From TPA_inf: Saccharomyces (Eukaryota): a DNA stretch of 64,000 nt. The stretch's first letter is position 1, and each line of letters opens with the position of its first letter. A program made the translations under genes and the position numbers. Location: contig BK006939.2 of assembly GCA_000146045.2 (NCBI GenBank), forward strand, positions 416,001-480,000, written 5' to 3'. The notes beneath the pieces were generated by a model. It did no database searches and was not told the DNA's origin. It worked only from the letters and a program-made list of their open reading frames with translations. Shown one piece after another: positions 1-12,100 of the stretch.

Positions 1-470
1 ATCCACAATTTGTCATTCCCCTCTATAGTACAGAGTATAATGAAGCCGTGGCTCAATTAAAACTAGTAAAGGGGAAAATGGATAGTCTGACATCAGCTCA
101 AACCCAATTAGGGTCCTGGGATGGTTGGGTTACTAAAATATTCTCCAAGAAAGAAAAGGAGACAAATAACTCTAAAGACCCTGATCCAACTACAACCGAC
201 TCTACTGATACATCTCCACAGGCTAAGAACGATGCAGAAATCTTGTCAGAAACAAAGAAACAGTACAGCAAAATACTTGACAAAGTTACAGAACTGCAAA
301 GGAAAAACAGAAAATACGAACTAGCAAAAATCATGTTTGAAAGCAGACTCCTAAGAAAAAGAACAGAACAAGTAAATCGCGAACGATACCTCAAGGAGCA
401 AGAGAATTACTCTAATACGGATCCTGAAGAACTGCTTCGAAAACACGTGTTCCCCTCCGTTCCAAAATAA
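1..470 (+). CDS. VFA1: 3' part of YER128W (Vps4-associated factor). The 5' end lies outside the window and the frame is open from position 3 to the stop at 468-470.
   Basis: The frame is open from the window edge. The gene order and offset match chrV, where YER128W ends 811 bp before the SAK1 ATG. The track ORF start at 48 is a GTG, not a real start. Confidence 0.55.
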   Translation, partial: PQFVIPLYSTEYNEAVAQLKLVKGKMDSLTSAQTQLGSWDGWVTKIFSKKEKETNNSKDPDPTTTDSTDTSPQAKNDAEILSETKKQYSKILDKVTELQRKNRKYELAKIMFESRLLRKRTEQVNRERYLKEQENYSNTDPEELLRKHVFPSVPK

Positions 471-1280
471 GGACGCAACGGTTGGACCGTTCCTCTTCCT
501 ATGGCCTAATACCCATGAACTATTGATTATATAGTATATAAAACTCACCATGGATTATCTATTCATGGTTCGTAACCAAAAGCTAAATGCTCATCACATT
601 CTAAAGATCACAAAATAAAATCAACACGTATCAAGCGACTAAATTGTAGCTAATTTTTTTCTTTCTTTCCAGGGAAGGCAGAAAGTGTGAGTGATGTTTG
701 TATTTCTGACAAGCTGTTGAGAGCAGGCAAATGGTGCTTCATCAAGTTAAATAATCATCGTTGAACGACTTCAAATTAACAGCGGCTTGTTCCTTCGTTC
801 CCTTCATATTCATCACTGAGCGTAGAAAGCTAACGTATTACTCTTTTTTTTGGAAAGGGAGTCAATTGACGCTTAAAGACTAGTCATTTTGTTTAGAAAA
901 AGTCTTATATTTATTTCTGCAGGTGGCAACATACTAGCATATGGAAAAAGTTTAGGTAACGAATTTTGATCAAACTAAATCTCACTTCTGAACTGACTAC
1001 ATATTCTTTATTTAAGGAGTTGACATTTTTCATTTATCCAGTCACAATTTTAAAAGCACTTCGTTAACACGTTTGGTTGTCCTTATTTTTGCATTGTGAT
1101 TATATCAGGCGGCATTAAGTGAAGTATACCTTGTGACCTGAAGATTTACTTTGGAAAGTAATTGATGTTTTAAGACAGTACCGGTTTCCTTTTTTTTTAT
1201 TTGGATTTTTTGTCAGTAAGAATTTGTAATTATAGATTAAGATAAAACGAAAAGAAGCATATTAATAAGGAGTTTTGAAC

Positions 1281-4200
1281 ATGGATAGGAGTGATAAAAA
1301 AGTTAACGTCGAAGAGGTCAATGTACCTTCAAACTTACAAATAGAATTAGAAAAATCAGGCACCAGTAGCAGTGTATCACTCCGAAGCCCGACTAAGAGT
1401 AGCGCTACCAATTTGGCGGGCATGGCCGAAGGTGCAAGAGATAATGCATCAATAGCGTCTTCATCGGTAGATTCCCTCAACATGCTATTAGAGCGGCAAA
1501 GAGTAAGGCAGTTAAACCATCCACAGCACCAACAGCATATAAGTAGTTCACTAGCTAAGACCCCGACAACGACTTCATCATTTTGTTCGAGCGGGAGTTC
1601 TAAGAATAAAGTTAAGGAAACTAATCGAATATCTCTAACATACGACCCGGTGTCAAAGAGGAAAGTTTTAAACACTTATGAGATCATCAAAGAATTAGGC
1701 CATGGACAACATGGAAAAGTAAAATTAGCAAGAGATATATTGAGTAAGCAATTAGTAGCGATTAAAATAGTGGATAGACATGAAAAGAAACAGAGGAAGT
1801 TTTTCACGTTTATCAAATCAAGTAAAATATCCGAAAATGATAAAATAAAACGAGAAATTGCCATTATGAAAAAATGCCATCACAAACATGTCGTACAACT
1901 GATAGAAGTTCTGGATGATTTAAAATCAAGAAAAATTTATTTAGTTCTAGAGTATTGTTCTCGAGGCGAGGTAAAATGGTGTCCACCGGATTGTATGGAA
2001 TCAGATGCTAAGGGTCCCTCTTTACTAAGTTTTCAAGAAACGCGAGAGATTTTAAGAGGCGTTGTGCTCGGCTTAGAATATCTCCATTACCAAGGAATCA
2101 TTCACCGAGATATTAAGCCTGCCAACTTATTAATATCAGGAGATGGCACTGTTAAGATTTCCGATTTTGGTGTTTCTTTAGCTGCTAGCAGCACGAATAG
2201 TTCCGATAGTAGCGAATCCTTAGACGAGTTAGAATTAGCCAAAACAGTGGGCACGCCTGCATTTTTTGCTCCCGAAATGTGCTTGGGTGAAGATGCATTC
2301 ACCAGGTATAACTTAACAAAGGAAAATTTATTTCGTGGTTCTTGCATCTCATTCATGATAGATATTTGGGCTGTGGGTGTGACCTTGTACTGTCTTCTTT
2401 TTGGAATGCTGCCTTTTTTTTCTGATTTTGAGCTCAAATTATTTGAAAAAATTGTAAACGACCCGTTAAAATTTCCAACATTTAAAGAAATACAGTCCAA
2501 CAAAGTATCTAAAGTATCTTGTGAGGAGGAATACGAAATGGCAAAGGACCTTTTATTGAAATTGTTAGAAAAAAATCCCCAAAAAAGAATGACTATACCT
2601 GCCATTAAAAAACATCCTTTTGTTTCATGGGATTTTGACCACGTACCGGAGAACGATGAAAAGTTACTATCTTCTGTCCTTGAGCAAAAATTACGTTTCC
2701 AATGTAACCAAACTGATCAATTTGAACCCATTTCTATTTCAAAGCACGAATTGAAAAACGCTGTCTCCGGTGTCGGGAAAAAAATCAAAGAGTCCGTACT
2801 AAAAAGTATCCCGCTAAAGGATCCGTCAGATCTCTCTAATAAAAACTACCTTCATCCAACGGAAACCACTAGGGGCAGAGGGGATGCCAATGTTATTGTC
2901 AGCGAAGGTTCAGTGTTATCGAATATTAAGGAATTAAGTGCTAATGATGGATGTTTGAACACTGATAGCGACACTAATATTAATATCAACGACGATGATC
3001 ATTATAGTGGTGATGATAACGATGGACATTTAACGAAAAGAGAACTAGAACGAGAATTAAACAAATTCGATGATAAACACGAGGCCGGAAATATGGTTAA
3101 TTTACCTATCAATTCCTCATTTGCATCCTTGGACAGCTTCTACATAGATAATTTTGCGATGGCTAGAATGGGAATGAGTTCTCCAGAAGCGGGAGATTCG
3201 GTTTCGTCTGTACCAAACCTTCCTTCTGCACCGTCTTCAACAAGGCTTGGACGATCACCAGTCTTTAGTGGAGTCACCAACCAACCAAGTCCAATTCGCC
3301 CCGTTTTGCCACAACAAAAGTCATCGTTTTGTGCAACAGGTCGGTATGATAAGAGTCACAATAGTCTTCTTAGAAATTCTTCATCTCATCTAACGTCATA
3401 CAACTCCGGCAGACCATCTTCAAGGACTGGCCGAATGAATTCACGCAACCAAAACTTACCGAAAATACCAAATAGCCTTTCAAAAATCTCAACAACGAAA
3501 TTGACTGAACTAAGAGTTCCAAAGGATTCAGAAATTCCATCACCTGCAAAAAACCCTAACGCTGATCGTTTGAGAAGGTTTCCCGTAAAGAAAAATACCA
3601 AAACACCCGCCATAAAAGATCCTCCGAGAATAAACATTAATAGCAGCGATAAGTCAGGCTCCAAAAATTCTCCTATAAAATCCTTATACCAACGGATGAA
3701 ACAGTCTAAGGATAATTCAAAAACCTTCGAGGTACGTAGAGGAAACTTTTTCAGTCATTTTAATGGAGATGATGATGATAGCAGTAGCCAGTCGTCCGTA
3801 ACCAGTTCTGGTTCAGAATCTGATTCTGAATTATCATCCACTTCATCGTCCTGTACATCTGGAACCCAATCTCGGAATAGCTCCAACAATAATGCATATT
3901 CAGAAACGGAGTCATTACCTTTCGAGTTTGGTGTTGATTCAGAAGATGGAAGTGGAGTATTATTAAGAGATTTACCTAACGAAGATCAAATAAGGCCGTT
4001 TCTGGATATACAACCATGTCGACGCATGAAAGTTAAAAGTTCATTGAACCTCGAACCACCTTCTGTCTCATCTTCTTCATCTTCATCCTCCGACGAAGAT
4101 GAGCTAATTTTAAATGTCGGGACTGCAGGTCATCGAAGAAGGCATAATTCTTCAAAACTTAGTGAACTATCCAATAGTCCGCAGAAGGGATCAAATAATT

Positions 4201-4709
4201 TCATGTATTCCAATGGAAGTGTTCATGACAGTGAGACGACGATAACGCCGCAAAATATGGATGACTTGACGCTGCATCAGGCACTGAGCCGCAGCCAACC
4301 CATTAGTAAGCCTGGCCCATTAGTATTACCAAAGCGTTTAGACCAAAAGAAAGCTACGACGGAAACCTCAAATTTAACAGATATCGTTGAATTTAACGGT
4401 AATAACGATCATCGAAAGGACAAAAATTTCGATAAAGTTCTTTATTCAAGGGACTTGTTAAAAGATGCTCTAAGTTCCACTAATGCAGGCAGAAGGAGAT
4501 CCATACCTTCAAATAAAATAAGAGGACGAAAGGACGCAAGTATTACCATGAGTACTAATGTTGGTAATGATGAACATGCTAGAAATACCAGCTGCCATGG
4601 TGATAAAGGACAAGAAAATGGCGCTATAAAACAAAGGACCCATGAAAGATCGCGATCTTTAACAGTCGCTGAACTAAATGAAGAGAAGAGAAGGAGTGCA
4701 CTTCCATGA
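1281..4709 (+). CDS. SAK1: Snf1-activating Ser/Thr protein kinase, 1142 aa
   Basis: The kinase domain has the GHGQHGKVK glycine loop, HRDIKPAN and DFG motifs, and a long Ser/Asn-rich C-terminal tail. The first ATG is at 1281, because the track start at 1275 is a TTG. This gives 1142 aa, matching YER129W. Confidence 0.9.
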   Translation: MDRSDKKVNVEEVNVPSNLQIELEKSGTSSSVSLRSPTKSSATNLAGMAEGARDNASIASSSVDSLNMLLERQRVRQLNHPQHQQHISSSLAKTPTTTSSFCSSGSSKNKVKETNRISLTYDPVSKRKVLNTYEIIKELGHGQHGKVKLARDILSKQLVAIKIVDRHEKKQRKFFTFIKSSKISENDKIKREIAIMKKCHHKHVVQLIEVLDDLKSRKIYLVLEYCSRGEVKWCPPDCMESDAKGPSLLSFQETREILRGVVLGLEYLHYQGIIHRDIKPANLLISGDGTVKISDFGVSLAASSTNSSDSSESLDELELAKTVGTPAFFAPEMCLGEDAFTRYNLTKENLFRGSCISFMIDIWAVGVTLYCLLFGMLPFFSDFELKLFEKIVNDPLKFPTFKEIQSNKVSKVSCEEEYEMAKDLLLKLLEKNPQKRMTIPAIKKHPFVSWDFDHVPENDEKLLSSVLEQKLRFQCNQTDQFEPISISKHELKNAVSGVGKKIKESVLKSIPLKDPSDLSNKNYLHPTETTRGRGDANVIVSEGSVLSNIKELSANDGCLNTDSDTNININDDDHYSGDDNDGHLTKRELERELNKFDDKHEAGNMVNLPINSSFASLDSFYIDNFAMARMGMSSPEAGDSVSSVPNLPSAPSSTRLGRSPVFSGVTNQPSPIRPVLPQQKSSFCATGRYDKSHNSLLRNSSSHLTSYNSGRPSSRTGRMNSRNQNLPKIPNSLSKISTTKLTELRVPKDSEIPSPAKNPNADRLRRFPVKKNTKTPAIKDPPRININSSDKSGSKNSPIKSLYQRMKQSKDNSKTFEVRRGNFFSHFNGDDDDSSSQSSVTSSGSESDSELSSTSSSCTSGTQSRNSSNNNAYSETESLPFEFGVDSEDGSGVLLRDLPNEDQIRPFLDIQPCRRMKVKSSLNLEPPSVSSSSSSSSDEDELILNVGTAGHRRRHNSSKLSELSNSPQKGSNNFMYSNGSVHDSETTITPQNMDDLTLHQALSRSQPISKPGPLVLPKRLDQKKATTETSNLTDIVEFNGNNDHRKDKNFDKVLYSRDLLKDALSSTNAGRRRSIPSNKIRGRKDASITMSTNVGNDEHARNTSCHGDKGQENGAIKQRTHERSRSLTVAELNEEKRRSALP

Positions 4710-5114
4710 GTGTAAAATTCAAAGTAATTTCCATCGGACTACGATGTTAATCAGATATATGGTAGAAAGCTCTAACTTTTTACCCTTGCCAACATGCACG
4801 CATATATGTGTATGTTAAAATAAGTTCTGTATTTGAAATGCATGTGATTTACAATCCTCTTGCAATGAACTTAATATCATTAACAGGCTAAAAATAATAT
4901 ATGATGTAGATCTTTTTAGTTTAGCATAATATAATCTATAAATCTATAATATTTTTATTCTAAATTATTAAAAGGGCGGCGAGAGAAGTGTATCTGTGCT
5001 TAGAAAACTTTTCGTTTCTTCGTCTCACCCTGAGAAGTGCCTTTTCGTTTCAAAATCATTACTGGTGAGTGTCATTAAACTTTTTCAATTTGCAATTTCC
5101 GTATCTTTAAAATT

Positions 5115-6446
5115 TCATAAGGAAGCGTGAGTTTTAACGTGCTGATTCAAATTATCGCTTCTGCTGAAGTTCTTATTACAGATATGGCATGTAAATGGTT
5201 TTTCGCACATATGTAAAGATCTGACATGCCTCTTCAAATGCTCTTGTCTTTTAAATCTTCTATCGCAAAATTCACAACCAAATTGCTTGGAAGCGTCCGG
5301 AATTAAAGAGGGCTTCCTTCCGCGCGTCTTCTGCATGCTTCCTGTCTTCTTCCTCACCACTAAGCCATGAGAAGAAGAGGAAGATTGTACTGAAGGTGAT
5401 GGTGCAGAAGGAGAAGGAGAAGAGGATGGTTCTGATATGGCAGCCAATAAGTCCTTTCTCGAATCATTGCTGAATTTTGAAACTGGCTCAATCATCTTAA
5501 AATCACTGCCAGACTTAAATGGATTCGTTGTCTTAGCAATGCTTTGAGTAGAGATATCCTTGTTATTTCCCACCAGCTTTAACGGATTTATTATCGCGTG
5601 GTCACTCTCATCACTTTCTTCATTAGAGGAAACATCAAACCCTGAATTTATAAGCACTTCATTTTCTTGCTCAAGAGGAAGAGACTTGATTAGAGTGCTT
5701 TTCCTACTTCTGAAGAATCTATTTTTGAACATTTTCTGCGAGGAAGAGTTTTCGGTCTGAATGGGTTCACAACCAAGGCTATTACTGTTATTATTACTAC
5801 TGCTACTACTGCCGAATATGTTTAATTTGAAATAGTCCCTAACTTTTTTTTTAGATTGGGGCACAGTGGTAAAAGAGTCTTCAAGCTCATCGTCAATGTT
5901 TTCCGTTGGATCTATTATAAATTCATGTATCTCCAGATTTTTCAAGTTATTAGTACTGGAAATCCTGTTCAGCCCGTCAAGAGGCTGTTGCTTGAGAAAG
6001 GAAAATCTTTCATTTACCTCCAACTCGTCGTCGCTAACCATCAATACATCACTTTCATTATTTAGATCGATGTCATCATCATTTTCTACGATGTCGTTAT
6101 TAAATAATGGTTCGTTAAGTTCCCTCCTACCAAAAAACTCGTATTCGTAGTAGTTACCGTTTTCGGTACGATAGTCGGATATCGAAAGCCTTCTCTCCAA
6201 CTGATTTGATGAAGTAGCTGTAGTTACACAATTGTCGACAATAGTATTGCCTGTTAGATCGTTGATAATTTCTACATTATTATTGTCAATTTCCTTGGCA
6301 TTGGCGTTGGCATTTGGTATGAGTTGAAGGGTAAAATGTTGCTTGTCGTTATTGCGGCTTTCGTTAAACAGCTCAGTCTTAGAATTCAAAGTGTAACTGA
6401 AAACCGTGTCATTTGATTCAAATCTTTGTAAAGGGTATAAAGACAT
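5115..6446 (-). CDS. COM2: C2H2 zinc-finger transcription factor (Msn2/4-like), 443 aa
   Basis: Two C-terminal C2H2 fingers are present ([22 protein letters not shown] and [21 protein letters not shown]). The start is an ATG (CAT at 6444-6446). Length and position match YER130C. Confidence 0.85.
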
Positions 6447-7951
6447 GCTTGTCTGTCTATGTTATCGTAAAGCTTTATTTGTCCCTGGATAGTTTATGAA
6501 GTCTAGCAGGCCTACTGTACAAATTCAAAACAGAAAATCATCATCTTGCTCGAAGCCAGCCCATGCTACCTATGGCTCTCAGTCGCCCATTCAGCTATCT
6601 ATATATATCTTGGATGGCCACGCTAGGAACCGCGCCGGGCAACAACTTGGGCAAAAGCCCTCGGAACAGTAAAAGCCACCTTTCCGTGGGTTATCCGCTG
6701 AAATTTTTTGCTCCATTTCCGAAGCGTCGCACTCGTAACCGTAAATGTAAAAAAACAGCACCCAATTGGGCCATGTGTGATTAACGCCGGGCGGCTATGC
6801 ACGTTTGAACAAGTATATCCGCATGGAGCAACAACTGCTATAAGAAATTCCGTCAGAGAAATGGCTTGACTTGCTGCAAGCACAGAGGTGTTTATGGATA
6901 ATATGTATACAATAACCTCATAGGTGTTTGGCAGTGTGAATTCACTGTTCCCTGCGTTCCCGGAATGGAGAAAGGGGTATGACAGGCGCCAAAAAAAAAA
7001 AACACTGAAAAACAAGAGAAAAGAGTAAAGGAGATGGCTTGAATATAATATTTATTCCTTGCTAAGTTTAATAGCGTATTTTCTTATATTAATTCCGTGG
7101 ACGATCAGATGCGGGAATACAATGTTGGCAGTTATCTGTTTCATCGCTCCCTCCTTGCGTAAATATCGAACCTTCTATCATTCGATAATCAAGAATTAAA
7201 ACTGACAGCCGCGCCTTTTCGGCATCTTCTGGGGTTGATCAAAATTATAATAAGAGGACTGCTGCATATTTACCTCCGTACACCTTCTACACCCAACCTT
7301 ATTATGGGGCCTACTAAATTTTCTTTTGAGAAGAATTGCGTTCTTTTCATCGTGTTGTGTTTTTTTGAGATCTTTCGCGCGATGGCATCTCACATTCGCA
7401 GTTTGCATGAAATTTCAGATAGTATTGACAGCATTCGATCGTGCACCGGGAAATAACGCTAGGCGTCTATCGTAACATAACAGAGTGTTTTATTATCTAT
7501 ATAGTGATATTTACCTTAAATTCTTGCTCTTAAGCGTGTCTCAATTTACTTTCAAAAAGAAAGATAAATACACATAATCAAACAGGAAAAGTATGTTATA
7601 AGAGCGAATAATGTGATAAAGGAGCAAAGTGGAAGGAAAGAATTATAAAGAATGACGTTGCCGTAAAGCCAATTTTTCAACCAACAAAATTGCAATAGTT
7701 TCAAGCAAATTATGGTGTGTCCGGGATTGGCGGTAGTAAATTGTAAAACAATAGCTGGTCAATAGTTGATATTCATACCGACACTATAATCCACAAAAGA
7801 TGGGTGACATTGATGGCTGAAATGGTAGAGGCAAGAAAATTTTTTAAAGCAATAAGGCATAGACGTTTCTATTAATCCTTTGTTTTATTCAGTATTTTCG
7901 ATATTTCCTCTTTACTAACTTCAATTTACTGAATTTGTATGTAATTTTTAG

Positions 7952-8311
7952 ATGCCAAAAAAGAGAGCTTCCAACGGTAGAAACAAGAAGGGTAGAGGTC
8001 ACGTCAAGCCAGTGAGATGTGTTAACTGTTCCAAGTCCATTCCAAAGGATAAGGCTATCAAGAGAATGGCTATTAGAAACATTGTTGAAGCTGCTGCCGT
8101 CAGAGATTTGTCCGAAGCTTCTGTCTACCCAGAATACGCCTTGCCAAAGACTTACAACAAGTTGCACTACTGTGTCTCCTGTGCTATTCACGCCAGAATT
8201 GTTAGAGTTAGATCCAGAGAAGACAGAAAGAACAGAGCTCCTCCACAAAGACCAAGATTTAACAGGGATAACAAAGTTTCTCCAGCAGCTGCCGCAAAGA
8301 AAGCTTTGTAA
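7952..8311 (+). CDS. RPS26B: 40S ribosomal protein S26, 119 aa
   Basis: The translation [28 protein letters not shown]... matches eS26 exactly. The ATG is at 7952 and there is no intron. Confidence 0.95.
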
Positions 8312-8697
8312 ATATGATGAGAGAATAATATAAATCAAACGCTCGCTGATTAAGGTGTCATTTATTTTTTTTAATAGAGGCTTTGTCTTTTATAATTGTG
8401 TATTTTAATAATATGATTATAGTATATTTTCAAGAATAGAATTTTTGCGCATGTAACTTCGTTCATACTCAATTCACAGTAGGCAGCTGTATTTGTATCC
8501 GTACTACTGGCGTACGTGCGATGAATTAATCGTATCCTACGGCACCTTGTAAGCAGTCGAGAAATTTTTTTTTCACTTTTTCCTTTTCATACCTATATAA
8601 ATAGAAGTGTTCTTGTCGATTTGAAGAAGGTTTATTTCGTTTCGCTGTAGTTTTTTTGTCATTGATCTTTTCATTTTTTTATTTCAAAATCCCCATC

Positions 8698-8884
8698 AAC
8701 TATTACAGTCGATGAGGATAGGTTATAGTTCATGTGTAACATCTGTGTTTTAAAATAACTCTAGTTATCCGGGGCGTTTTTCACAAAGTTTGTGTAAGAT
8801 GCTTTCCTGGGTCGATGTGGATTGTGCCGTGGCCTTTTTCACCACCTTTATAGCGGTGCTTTAACTATTAATAACTGAGGCTGT
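8698..8884 (+). ncRNA. SNR4: C/D-box snoRNA, orphan type, proposed guide for 18S rRNA acetylation
   Basis: A terminal stem pairs ACAGUC (8705-8710) with GGCUGU (8879-8884) and brackets a C-like box GAUGAGGA (8712-8719) and a D box CUGA (8875-8878). It lies in the intergenic region between RPS26B and PMD1 where I recall snR4 on chrV. The exact ends are uncertain by about 7 nt. Confidence 0.5.
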
Positions 8885-9187
8885 ATTTTGAATTCTTACG
8901 TAAATCTTGGAATCTATGGAGCATCCAGTCTCACCTGGGTTGGCTCTGGTAACGCATGACTTGGTATGAAAAAATTGTTTTAATTTGACGAGGAAATTTT
9001 GGCATCCGTGAAGTTCAATACTTCCTTAAGTATTGGTTTTCAAAAAAAAAAATTCTAAAATTCTAAAATTCTTCTATTATACCAAAGTTATAACGTCTAT
9101 AAATATCTATAACTGAAACCTGTTTTGTCATAATACCTTGTTTTAGTTGTGCTTTTTTTTGCTTTATCTGGATATTATCTAATATGT

Positions 9188-12100
9188 TTATCTTCGTTTA
9201 CCGAAAAAAGGAAATGGGGCAATATTATCGTTATCATTTGTAGTTGCGTCTTCTTTCCTATTTGTTCTGTTGGCAGTCGCTGATCTATCCTCACAATGCC
9301 CTTCACTCTCCTTACGTCCAGTATTCACTGCAGAAGGCATAAAGGCAGGATTCATGAATAGAGCAGATGTGGAATGTGTCGTCTGAGTACTGAATCTTTT
9401 ATTCATATGTTGTCTCCGTTGTTGAGATGCAGTGAAATCTGTAACGGAAGTCCTAGGTGAGATCTGAGTGGAAGGCGCCTGTGAGAATTTGATGGACGAT
9501 TTCCTGAATCCCTCCGAGATCGGGGAACTTGATGCAAATTTTAAAGCTGGTCTTGTATTTTCTTGCTGTTTTAACGGTGTCGCGACATCAGAGTGCTGCC
9601 TACTTAGAGTAGGAGAAGAAGATCCGCGTGCAAAAATTGGTTTTCCAGTCTCTCTCATTTCGTCATCCATTTGTGAAATGTCTTGTAATACCTTTTTTTT
9701 TAACTTTTTCAAGACTTTGGATAATTCGATTGCTTCCTTCGTGCGCGTCATCAAGTTACTGTCATTAACCAATACAGAAGTTCTATAAATAGACTTCATG
9801 ACATAGTCGACAGGTGGTAGTGCATTGGGTGAGACCATATTTTCCAGGCTAGATATATTAACATATTCCGAACCATCTTCTCTTTGTGAATTAGGTCTAA
9901 TGTATTTGGAAAATGATCCATGTAATCTTGAAGAGCCTGGAGTGCTGGATCCTATTTTATATAAAGGATCAATAGAATCATCAAATTCTTGAGATGTCTG
10001 CTCCTGTAATTTTTTATTCATTTTTGTGAAAGGCAAAATACCTAGCTGTGAATCAAGGTCATCAGAATCAGAGCGGAAGGAAGAACCTGAATCACTATCA
10101 AAACTATCACGAATAAACGGGTCTGTCTCTAAATTGGATGAGTTTTGAGGTATTTCTGTTCCTCTGTTCTTCAATGGATCATTAGTGCGGTCTAAATCTT
10201 TCCCATCGTTGCTGTTTCTCTTTTGCAACGTTTCAACCTTGTATTTATCGAAGTTCGAAATGTCCTGGAGCGTAGCTTGTTCGTTTTGTTCCTCTTTATC
10301 GTCCGAAGCTCTGTTTGACTTACTAGAGTCCAAATTTTGGTAATTATATCTCGTAGGTTCTGTGGGAACTGTTTCAGTAAAACTACTACTTCTTCTTGGA
10401 AAGTTCTGTTGCCGGCTGACTGGTCCACTATCAGGAACATCATCAGTAAATTGATCGGAGGTATCTAATGGATCTGTTTCCCTACTTAAGCTGGATTTCT
10501 TCTTCGTCGCTGGGCTAAATAAGGACACAGAGCGGCGAATATTTTGAACACCCGAATTACTGGGGAATGCAATTGAACCAATCGAATTATGGCTGTCTCT
10601 AGGACCACCGGCAAAAACAGTAGGAACAGCCCTATTGGCAAGCGATCCTATGCTAGAAATTCCCGTGTGGTGCATATCTATTTCGGTTTCTCCATTACTG
10701 TCATCCGTGTAGTGTATTGATTGCGCCATTGAAGTGTTTCGCAAAAGATATGAATCAACGTATCCGTTGTCTATATTGGCTAGGGAACGTTTTATCTCTA
10801 AGGTGTCCTGATATGATTCGCTAGAATCCAACTGCTTTCTTATTTTGCCCTCATTTTCATTGCAATATCTCGAAACCTTTTGCTGGAACAGATTTAGTAG
10901 TGCTTCGCAAGTAACTGAAAGACCTTCTTCCTTTTTGCTGATTATCTTATACAGCACTTCTGTAATCAGTTCGTATAAAATTGGAATTTCGTATATTTTA
11001 GCCATGATAAGCAGGTCCAGGGTCACAGGAGCTAATAGCCATTTGCCATTAATTTGTGCGGTGTAAAAGAACTCTGCAAATGCTCTTACAGAGGCGGTCG
11101 ACCAAGGCATATACAATGATCTCGGGGTTAATAAGGGTTCTAACTCGATTATGGCGTTATTGTTCGAATTTGTACTTTCTACACTTTCAGGGTTTGAAAT
11201 GTAAGAAAGTCTTCTACTCTTTTCATTATTAATATATGATTTTGAAGAAAAAAATTCACCTTCTTTGAAATTGCCGTTTATATTGATTGCATTAATGGTG
11301 GAAAAGATGGGCCTTATATTGGAAGGTGAGATACAGCCGTAGTCTTGATTGTCCCCATCTTCCTCTTCATCTCTTCCATTGTTCATGCCATATTCTTGAA
11401 TACTTGCTTCGTAAGGAATGTCACTGCCATAACTATTACTTAGCAGTTGCGAATCTAGAGTATTCCTCAGCAAAGAAGAGTTAGAGATACGCCTTGCATC
11501 CGAGGAGCTCGATTTTCTGGTGGAATGAGAAGACCTTCTTGACGCGACTGGACTATCCCTACCAAATTGAACGTACTCCGCCAAGGAACTGCTTCTTCTT
11601 GAGGGTGCTTTTGGCACCGGCGGTAGTGGTTCTAGTGGGATCTTTTCTTGTGGGGGTAATGGGATATTCAACACAGGCAAGATAGGCGAGTTTGGTAAAC
11701 TTGCAGAGCTTCCTAAATGAGAAATTTGGTTAGAGTTGCGCCTTCTTCCTGAAGTAGAACTTACAACAGAGGCAGTGCTGGCAGTAGATGCAAATGAAGT
11801 CTGTCGCGACTGATTTGGACTTGCTATAAACCTTAATGCGGATGATTTTCTACGTGAGAAAGCTTTTTCCGCGGGACTAGCCTTTGATATACTACTGGGT
11901 GAAGATTTGGCTATAATGTAAGATTGAAGAGGGTGTGAGGCTCTCCGAATGGATGAAAAGCCGTCATCTACCGAACTATTCGTGGTGGTTCCCACTGTGG
12001 AAGCTCGCCTATAAACTAAAGGTGTATTGGAAAGTGTACAATTGCTATCATTACCATCGTTAGTTGATTTTTTATATACCGGAGGAGGTGAAACAGAGCT

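Noticed and set aside
7261-7300. Possible Rap1 site (CTACACCCAACCTTA) for RPS26B
   Set aside because: It matches only the ACACCC core of the Rap1 consensus and lies about 680 bp upstream of the ATG, which is too weak to call.
7937-7951. GTATGT followed by TTTTTAG immediately upstream of the RPS26B ATG, suggesting a 5'-UTR intron
   Set aside because: Only about 10 nt separate the donor-like and acceptor-like motifs and there is no TACTAAC branch point. It is too short to be an intron and is a chance match.
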